This document shows positions 55,480-64,000 of a stretch of DNA of 64,000 nt, piece after piece. The number at the start of each line of letters is the position of its first letter. Position 1 is the stretch's first letter. Where the stretch lies: positions 1,860,001 through 1,924,000 of the forward strand of contig OX597837.1 in assembly GCA_951406725.2 (NCBI GenBank). Direction: 5' to 3'. The notes under the pieces were generated by a model. That model was given only the letters and a program-made list of their open reading frames with translations. It searched no databases and was not told the DNA's origin. The translations under genes and the position numbers were made by a program. Source of the DNA: Octopus vulgaris. Its lineage: Eukaryota.

Positions 55480-56087
55480 CCAATATTGTACACGCTATTT
55501 ATGAATCTGTCTGCTTCGAGATTCACTCGAAGCAGACAGATTCTTGTGACGTGGCAGCAAAGAGAGCACACATTCACTCTCTGCGTTTGATTTAACTCAG
55601 AAAGTTTGCAAGAAACCCATTGACCCAATTTAATGACATTTCTGAAAGCACGCAGGCGTCGATGAATAGTTGAATGACCAAATGACCGATGGGATTTTGT
55701 TGCAACATGTTTTGCAGGACGTCCTCGTCGAGCTCTACAGTTCTTCCAGGACGAGGTTCGTCTTTTAGGATGTAGTTTCCAGCTCGGAATTTCTGGAACC
55801 ACCGTTGACACTGGCTTACGCTTATTGTCCGATTCCCATATACTGCATTAATATTCTTCACACTTTCGGTTGCGTTGTTGCCTTTATTGAACTCTTAACA
55901 CAAAATATGCTGAATATGCTTTGTCATTTCTATTATAGCTTTGAAAAAATAAATTTTAAAATCGAACTGCACTCTTCAAAACTTGCACTAAGAATAAGGA
56001 CAAGGTAAAATTACCACCTGCTTTTATAGCAGGTAGTCTATTCCGTCCCCTTCCGACATTTAGTTCATACAATTGAAAAAACTGCAT
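55480..56087 (-). mobile_element. Mariner transposon remnant (5' part of transposase)
   Basis: NINAVYGNRTISVSQCQRWFQKFRAGNYILKDEPRPGR (HTH + GRP linker) and KLGQWVSCKLSE (WVPHEL-like); frameshifted. Confidence 0.85.
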
Positions 56088-56515
56088 ATATATATATATA
56101 TATCGATATTTGAGAGCAGAGCTAGTCCATACAAATGTGTGATTGTTTTGTTAGGTCTGGTACAATGACTCACTTCCGAAGATGCGAGTGTCGCAACATG
56201 TGGCCATGTTGTAAGTCGTTAATAAACACATTATCTCTACACTTCTTAAACATTCATGTTTGAGTGACCTCTTCTTACTGATTATTTTAAACACTCTGAT
56301 ACGTCCCTCTACCACATCCGCATATACATATATATACACATACATATATATATATGTATGTATATATATATATACATATACATATATATATGTATATATA
56401 TATATATATATGTATAGACCGGAGTAAACACATAAATGTGAAACAAGGTGGAAAAAAGAGTACTCAAATACCAGTGGTAGAGTAATATGCTTTATTTTAA
56501 GCAGCAGAAAATTCA

Positions 56516-56567
56516 ACAAAATCTGTTACTCTGAGTTTCTCGTTGCCGTTCATCAGACAGTTTTTGC
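56516..56567 (-). ncRNA. Identical hammerhead ribozyme in the inverted pLTR
   Basis: Exact reverse complement of 58875-58926. Confidence 0.88.
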
Positions 56568-57225
56568 TAGAATGGAACATATATATTAATTCAATCTATA
56601 CTCTTACAAACGCTACACCTTTAAAAAGAAATGGACTTGTTTGATTGGCCCTTTAGAAAAAACGGTCAATCTTCGAGCGATAAACAAAAAGGTCAAAAAT
56701 ATATGTATATATATATATAAAAACTTATAAAAATTATAAAATCCGAGGAAAATACCGAGGAAAAAACCTGTTGCCGTTAATGAAGACAGTACAAATTAAT
56801 GCATAGAAATTAAACCTGTTATAAATACTGCAATACATATTTATATTAAAATCCACATATATATATCAACATACACAAAAGGATGCGCGTAAACGCCATA
56901 CATACACATACAGACGTATGAATATGAATCTAAATTATACACATAAAAGCATGTGTACATATATTCACGCAAACCGTCTCGCACGCAAGCTAAAATTCAT
57001 CTATGTAGCAATTCTCATATACTGAGCAAGGGGGGGGAACGAAAGAAAGGGAAAGAGAGAAAAAGGAACGGAGGAGGGGTGGGGGGAAAACTTGTAGCTA
57101 TGTTATTTGGCATCTATAGAGGCCTGTATACATACACAAGTTTGAATTGATACATATACATACCGTCGTGTATATGTGCGCTTAAGCACAAGCATACTTT
57201 CACTCACACATACACACATACACAG

Positions 57226-57867
57226 ACTAATATAGGTAAGGAATTTTTGAGATTAGTCTCTAAGCATTTTAGGCAGGGTCATAAATTCTACAGAATATTT
57301 AATAGAAGAACCCTGAAGGTTAGCTATTCTTGTTGCAGAAATTTCGCCTCTTACATTAGCCAACATAATAGGAAGCTAATTGAGATTAGACATGGTGCCG
57401 AGCCCATTAAGAAATGTAATTGCAAAAACGAAAGCTCCTGTCCGTTAGAAGGGAAATGTCTAGTGAAAGGAGTAGTTTATAGAGCCAAGGTGCAAGTGGA
57501 AGGCTCATCGGAATACAAGACATACACAGGGGCTTCAGAAAATTCATTTAAAACAAGATTTTATTCTCATAAGAATTCTTTTAAATACCCAGAGAATAGA
57601 AAGAAAACCAGCCTAGCAAAATATGTCTGGGAACTAAAAGAAAAGGAAGCCCCACCTTTCAACGTGACATGGAGCATTCTGGACAGGGCGGCACCATACA
57701 GGCATGGAGCTTACAAATATAATTTCAAGTGCAGGCTTTGCTTATTAGAAAAAATGCATATATTATTCAAAGACAATAATTCTTTGAATCAAAGAAGTGA
57801 ATTAATGAACTTATGTAGGCACAAGGCTAAATTTAAAATGTCGAATATAAATATACCATATGGATAG
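57226..57867 (+). CDS. C-terminal fragment of a Penelope-like element ORF: Cys-rich linker + GIY-YIG endonuclease (no RT, no ATG)
   Basis: Frame is open from the inversion junction (TNIGKEFLRLVSKHF...). Motifs CNCKNESSCPLEGKC, GVVYRAKV...TYTG (GIY-YIG), FKTRFYSH, CRLCLLEK, SLNQRSE and CRHK; stop at 57865-57867. Confidence 0.9.
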   Translation, partial: TNIGKEFLRLVSKHFRQGHKFYRIFNRRTLKVSYSCCRNFASYISQHNRKLIEIRHGAEPIKKCNCKNESSCPLEGKCLVKGVVYRAKVQVEGSSEYKTYTGASENSFKTRFYSHKNSFKYPENRKKTSLAKYVWELKEKEAPPFNVTWSILDRAAPYRHGAYKYNFKCRLCLLEKMHILFKDNNSLNQRSELMNLCRHKAKFKMSNINIPYG

Positions 57868-58874
57868 AGTATATATTTTGTATTTTGATTTTTTGATTTT
57901 GATTTTGACTCTTGAGAGCTACAACGGACCTATAGCAAAGTCTTATTGTTTCTACATATATATTAGGAAAAACCTACAAACTTTGTTTTCATGTTATTGT
58001 ATTGCATAAGATTACCTTGATTATTTATATTACCTTGATTATTTATAAATGACCCAAAATAGGATGTTATATTTTATTTTATAGGTCTTTCGTATATATT
58101 TTTATTAATGCACCCATTTTTTAAAAGCAATGTTTTTTTTTTATAAAAAAAGCAATGTTGTCAAATTTAGAATGTTTATATAAGTTTGTGTATAGCAAAG
58201 CATATGTATTTGTAAGCATGCGTATCTGTGTATGTGTGAGTGAAAGTATGCTTGTGCTTAAGCGCACATATACACGACGGTATGTATATGTATCAATTCA
58301 AACTTGTGTATGTATACAGGCCTCTATAGATGCCAAATAACATAGCTACAAGTTTTCCCCCCACCCCTCCTCCGTTCCTTTTTCTCTCTTTCCCTTTCTT
58401 TCGTTCCCCCCCTTGCTCAGTATATGAGAATTGCTACATAGATGAATTTTAGCTTGCGTGCGAGACGGTTTGCGTGAATATATGTACACATGCTTTTATG
58501 TGTATAATTTAGATTCATATTCATACGTCTGTATGTGTATGTATGGCGTTTACGCGCATCCTTTTGTGTATGTTGATATATATATGTGGATTTTAATATA
58601 AATATGTATTGCAGTATTTATAACAGGTTTAATTTCTATGCATTAATTTGTACTGTCTTCATTAACGGCAACAGGTTTTTTCCTCGGTATTTTCCTCGGA
58701 TTTTATAATTTTTATAAGTTTTTATATATATATATACATATATTTTTGACCTTTTTGTTTATCGCTCGAAGATTGACCGTTTTTTCTAAAGGGCCAATCA
58801 AACAAGTCCATTTCTTTTTAAAGGTGTAGCGTTTGTAAGAGTATAGATTGAATTAATATATATGTTCCATTCTA

Positions 58875-58926
58875 GCAAAAACTGTCTGATGAACGGCAAC
58901 GAGAAACTCAGAGTAACAGATTTTGT
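58875..58926 (+). ncRNA. Minimal type I hammerhead ribozyme of the PLE pLTR
   Basis: gcaaaa-a-ctgt-CTGATGA-a-cg-gcaa-cg-a-GAAA-ctcagag-TA-acag-a-ttttgt. Intact core, GNRA-capped mini stem II and near-palindromic stem III; GUA cleavage predicted after 58915. Confidence 0.88.
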
Positions 58927-59950
58927 TGAATTTTCTGCTGCTTAAAATAAAGTATATATATGTATATATATATATATACATTCATGTGTGTGCATATATA
59001 TATATATATACACCACCCGTGCATAGCTTAAACATGCACATACAATGTTACTAATACCACAAATACTACTACAACGAATAGTAGTTGTAATAGTTATAGT
59101 AGTAGTAGTAATAATAATAATAATAGTAATGATATTATACTCATTATTATTATTAGTAGTAGTAGTAGTAGTATTATGTAAAGGAAATGCTAAACGTTTT
59201 ATATTGTTGAAGTAGTTACAAGTTGAAAGGTCACCCAGTACAGGCAATAACGCTCAATGAAATATTCCGGTGTCAACCGGTTCAAGATAAACATTAACAA
59301 TAAAATATGGATTTCCTCATCAACTTTAGTCGCATTTAAAGTGTTGTTGTTGTTGTGTTTTTTTTATTTGGTTCAATTAAACGTTTAGGGCAAGCTTCCA
59401 CGCAACTCTCGTTTCCTTTCTCCCCACCTCCTCCCAAGCACATTGTTCTATTGCCACCCTACATCGGGGCAAGTTGTGTGTGTATTCATATCTCTTATAT
59501 TTTTTATTTATAAATGTTTATATATGATGTGTGTACATATATCCATGTGTGTATGTATGTATATGTATGTAGAAGTGTTCATACGTATTCTTGTATATAT
59601 ACATATTTATGCGTGCGTCTGCGTGCTTTCATATATTCATACAGACAAGGTCATACACACGTACACATACATACACATTGAGCATGGCTCTTTAATCTAA
59701 GAAGCGTCTAATCGAGATGTTCACCCTCAGAATGTACACAATGTGTCAACAGGTAGTTGTTGCTATGACTTTATATGAATTAAAGAAGTGAGAAAAATGG
59801 CCTCAAATAGTAAACAGAATATAGAATACTTGTCACTATATATAAAACATTTTTTCCCCGAATAAAAATATACTATTCAATACAGAGATAGACAGACAGA
59901 AAGGCAGACATAAATACATAGATATCCATAGATAGATATAAGGATGAATG

Positions 59951-60042
<92 letters not shown>

Positions 60043-60639
60043 TCCATACATAGATACATAGACAGATAAATAGATAGATATCCATACATAAATAGATATA
60101 AGGATAGATATCCATAAGCATATAGATATAAAGATAGACATCCACAGACAGGTATCCATAAAGAGATAGGCAGGTATTGATAGAAAGATAGACAGACAGG
60201 TAAGCAGACAGCTCTCCTTACCAGCGATGTATAGTTCTACCCCGAGATTATTAATACTTAAAACGTTTTCCGTGGTTTCACTAGATTTTGGAATATCTTA
60301 CCTGAAGAATACACAAGCAGCGTTCAATTAAATCAGGAATAGTGATCCATTCACAACTCTTGCAACTAAGAACTGCATTCTTCCAGTTAGGCTCCTTAAA
60401 GATACACCAAAGTTATAAAGAAATAAATGTTGGAACTAAAATCCGCTTCTCCTTCAAAAGACGTGTCCCAGGACAGAACTTTGACTGGCTAAGTGAAGAA
60501 ATATGGCCTATTACTTGGAAGAATCGCAATGGAATAGTGAGCCCAGATCTGAGTCATTGATGTTGCTCGACATACAGACATCTTGAACTGTTCCAAGAGA
60601 AGGACAGTTTCCTTGCTGTTTTGTTTCAGGCTCTTACTC

Positions 60640-60960
60640 GTGGGGCTGGGGTTGGTGGTCCCAGAGACGTATTCCTGCGTAGAGCCTACCAGGTCATCTG
60701 GTGCTCTCCATCGCCGGCGATGATTCTGTGCCAGTCTTTTTGCATCTTCCAAGGTAACATCGAGCGTCTGAAGATCTTACCCAATCTCGCCCAGCCGCCT
60801 CGTGCAGAGCCTGTCACGAGGCCTCTTCTAGCCCGCAGATGATGCATCGAATGAGAGCAAAGCACTTGTAGGATGACCTAGTGGGAGACAGAGGACGGAT
60901 AGCTATGAAGTGGGATGCTATGGGCTGATGCATGCGCGCGCAGTTCTCGTTTGGAGACAT
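60640..60960 (-). mobile_element. LINE (RTE-like) 3' fragment
   Basis: EDLQTLDVTLEDAKRLAQNHRRRWRA matches the typical D.....W...AQDR..WR terminus. Confidence 0.6.
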
Positions 60961-62240
60961 GATGGCAACTTGAGTGACCGATATTTAATCACAAACGGCA
61001 GTCTCCGGCCCCTAGCCCGTAAGCATGTTGTCTCCTCTCTTTGTCTTTTTTATCGCAACGATAATAGTCCCCGCACTTTTTAGCTAATTCATAATATGTT
61101 TATTCTAGTGCCCGACTCAACTTGATAAAAAGATAAATTAAAATTGTTTTTCTTAAATATTCATTCAAATATATATTCCCAGCTTGAGTTCAGAGTCGTA
61201 ACCCATCTAATTATGATTTACACCGGGCCCCATTCTTGAAATCAATCTGAGGGAATCGTTTGTTATTTTACCCAATTAATAATAAGCTTACGGATCCAGA
61301 TACTAAAAGATGTGGCCTGTTTTCCCTTCACTTTTTCTATATACACTGAAGCAAACGAAATGTTTATTTTGTTTTTTGCTTTTTTATCTAAGCACGTGTT
61401 CGTCTGAATGGAGTTTACTGAAGTAAAATGATATTGAAAGAGTGTTGCAACTAAAACTAGTACAAGTTTTCCATCAAGTAGTGATCTTTTCAAGAAATGT
61501 TTGCATACATTTGGACAGTTTCTATCTCCAATCAAACTGTAAGGACTCTTATGTAAAAGGACTGTATATATACATACACACATACATACATACATACATA
61601 CATTACATACATACATACATACATACATAATATATATATATATATATATATACATATATTTATACATCTATATGAGTAAATTTTATATACATACACACAC
61701 ATTATATCTATATATATGCATACATCATGTGGATCACTTTTTCCTGTACATCTCTACACGCTATTGCACAAGATTAATAACTTTAGTTATGAATTGTAAT
61801 TAAAAAAAACATCAAAATGCGAGGAATCCACCGAAATAAATGGTTGTATAAAGTTGTAACTTCATTGAAAATTTATTGAAAGATTTCATCTGGTTCATAA
61901 AATATTAAATCAAATTTATACCAACGCCGGTCGGTGGTGTGGTTTAGAAACGAGAAATATGTGTAAACATTTCTAGGAAAAGTCATTTTAATGTTATATA
62001 TGTAAATCGGCGAAGGTAATAAATCTGAAAAAAATAATCATAATAAAGCCGTGAACAATCATAGAAATATTAAGGTAACAGTTAATGTTTTTTTAAGATA
62101 TTCTAGAAAATTTGTATTTCAATTAATATTTTAATTTAAAATATTTGCATAACCGCATTATAACGTTATCTTCAGAAGGACTGCGTTAAACCTGTATATA
62201 TATGCGTGTGTATAACAAATGTGTATATTCGTTGGTATTG

Positions 62241-62323
<83 letters not shown>

Positions 62324-63191
62324 TATCAGCAAAAGCAATTTGGGGGTACGATGACAAACAAATGCATTATTTAATGAAAGACGACATAAAGAAACCGTAC
62401 AAAAGCAAATTATCGGAAAATGTGTGAAAATGAATACAGCGAAGGAGACAAAGCGAAACATGAAATAATTAAAAAATGCAACATTATTATGGATTAAAAA
62501 TTCTAAAACATAAAAGTAAAAGAGATAGAGAAAATATTCCACGTTTGAATAAGGTATACAAAACAGCTTATACCAGCTAACGGGTGTAAAGTGAAAAATA
62601 TAGAAAATATTAATATTTAAAATTTAACAAAATACTGAATGTGTGTTGCTACGCCGAACGATTTAGTGTATGTTTAAACGGTGCGAAATGGTTAAGATAT
62701 TCAATTAATGATTGCAATGTCATGGGTTTGATTTGCGGACCGGGCAGTGATTTGCGGATCAAGCTGCTTCATTTTACTTTGCCGCAATTTACTCGGCTGT
62801 AACCGTGTACAACCAGTGTACTGATACAGCTCTATTTATCTATCAGTCACATCCTGGATGCTTAGCTCGGTCAAGAATGGTGGGGGAAACCACTTGAAAT
62901 AGCTAACCTGGTACATGTTACCATGTCATTCTCTCTCAAGTATAGACTGACAGAACTAATATGAATACCATTATAAAGGAAGCTGCGCAGTTAATTTGGC
63001 GTCTTTAACTTCATCTAAAAGAAAGTAATTATGAAAGGCTACGCTGTCTAGAAAATTCTGAAAAATCCTAATAGATTTATCAAATTGTAGTTTTCAATAT
63101 AATCAAAATATCAATTCACTGCAAGACAGCAACTTTTTAACACTACACAATAGCGTTCCGTTTTCGTATAACCTGTCTGTCTGTCTGTCTG

Positions 63192-63259
<68 letters not shown>

Positions 63260-63413
63260 ACACACACACACACACACTCTATCTATCTATCTCTCTTAGG
63301 ACTATCACATGAAATCTGTCATATATTTCCGATTCTTAATTTCTTTGTTTTTATTCACTAAGCAAAACATATTTTAAGCTACACTATTTTCGACACATTT
63401 AGGTCATTCTAGT

Positions 63414-63483
<70 letters not shown>

Positions 63484-63589
63484 AATGTTATTTACAGAAA
63501 TTTAGTCAATGATGAAACAATAGTATTATTTAATCAAATAACCGAAAGGAAACATCGTATCAAATTTGAAACAATGTTCTGTGAAAGCA

Positions 63590-63948
63590 AATGTGTTGGA
63601 ATATAGGCTAGACTATAATTAAATGATGGTGAGACCACATAACCAAAGAACACATTCTACAGAAAGCCAAGAGCACTGATTCAAATCCTATGAGAACGGA
63701 GATTAAATCTAACAGGTCACATAATCCGGCTACCAGAACGACGTCCTTTTAAAACAGCTTTCAGAGGACACTACTGTGTGAATGGAGAAACAAATAAAGG
63801 AAGATTGAAAACTGCATGGCGTAGAAAATTCCGAACCGTCATGAGAAAGGCTAATACCACATGGTCGGAGATAGGGAATACCACAACAGACAGAAACCAA
63901 TGGCGTCAACTTACTGCCCGATATGCTCGTGAGTACAGGAAAAATTGA
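63590..63948 (+). mobile_element. RTE-clade LINE 3' fragment
   Basis: DHITKEHIL...RRLNLTGHIIRLPERRP...GRLKTAWRR...TWSEIGNTTTDRNQWRQL. Confidence 0.75.
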
Positions 63949-64000
63949 TACGGAAAATTGTAGAGTAAATAAACTAAAAGTAGAAAGGAAAATGAATTTT

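Larger units (their letters stand above)
56413..58952 (+). mobile_element. Young 5'-truncated Penelope-like element with inverted pLTRs, inserted in (TA)n
   Basis: Inverted arms 56490-57226 and 58225-58952; at the positions compared I found only a G8/C7 indel and an 8-bp duplication at the inner edge. Unpaired tail 56413-56489, GIY-YIG ORF between the arms, a hammerhead in each arm, and (TA)n on both sides. Confidence 0.93.

Noticed and set aside
56165-56220. CCGAAGA-tgcga..tcgc-aacatg..catgttgtaagtc hammerhead-like segment before a TA tract
   Set aside because: Lacks the GAAA box; may be a decayed module but cannot be supported.
57226-57867. Possible selenocysteine recoding in the PLE ORF
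   Set aside because: There is no in-frame TGA in this fragment; the cysteines are ordinary TGT/TGC codons.

Overview
Repeat-rich, AT-rich eukaryotic DNA. The SINE families and microsatellite load look like an Octopus or other coleoid cephalopod genome (inference). Almost all ORFs in the supplied track are microsatellite artefacts. The only host-gene content I can support is three + strand exons (6167-6326, 22684-22813, 30366-30519). They splice in frame into one complete fasciclin (FAS1) domain, so most of the window is probably intron. The introns hold decayed LINEs (Tx1/L1, RTE, a Dong/R4-type fragment), mariner/hAT/Helitron remnants and dozens of tRNA-derived SINEs. The most striking content is a very young Penelope-like element (56413-58952): a GIY-YIG endonuclease ORF fragment between ~730-bp near-perfect inverted pLTRs, each carrying a minimal hammerhead ribozyme (HHR). 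Around it is a dense set of other type-I HHR modules, mostly of unrelated sequence: about 10 well-formed folds in total (3 with a CCGA core variant) plus several decayed ones. Many lie in short non-coding elements bounded by (TA)n or other microsatellites, and two have the same 'inverted copy + tail' architecture without any ORF. All folds were read by eye; no activity is demonstrated.
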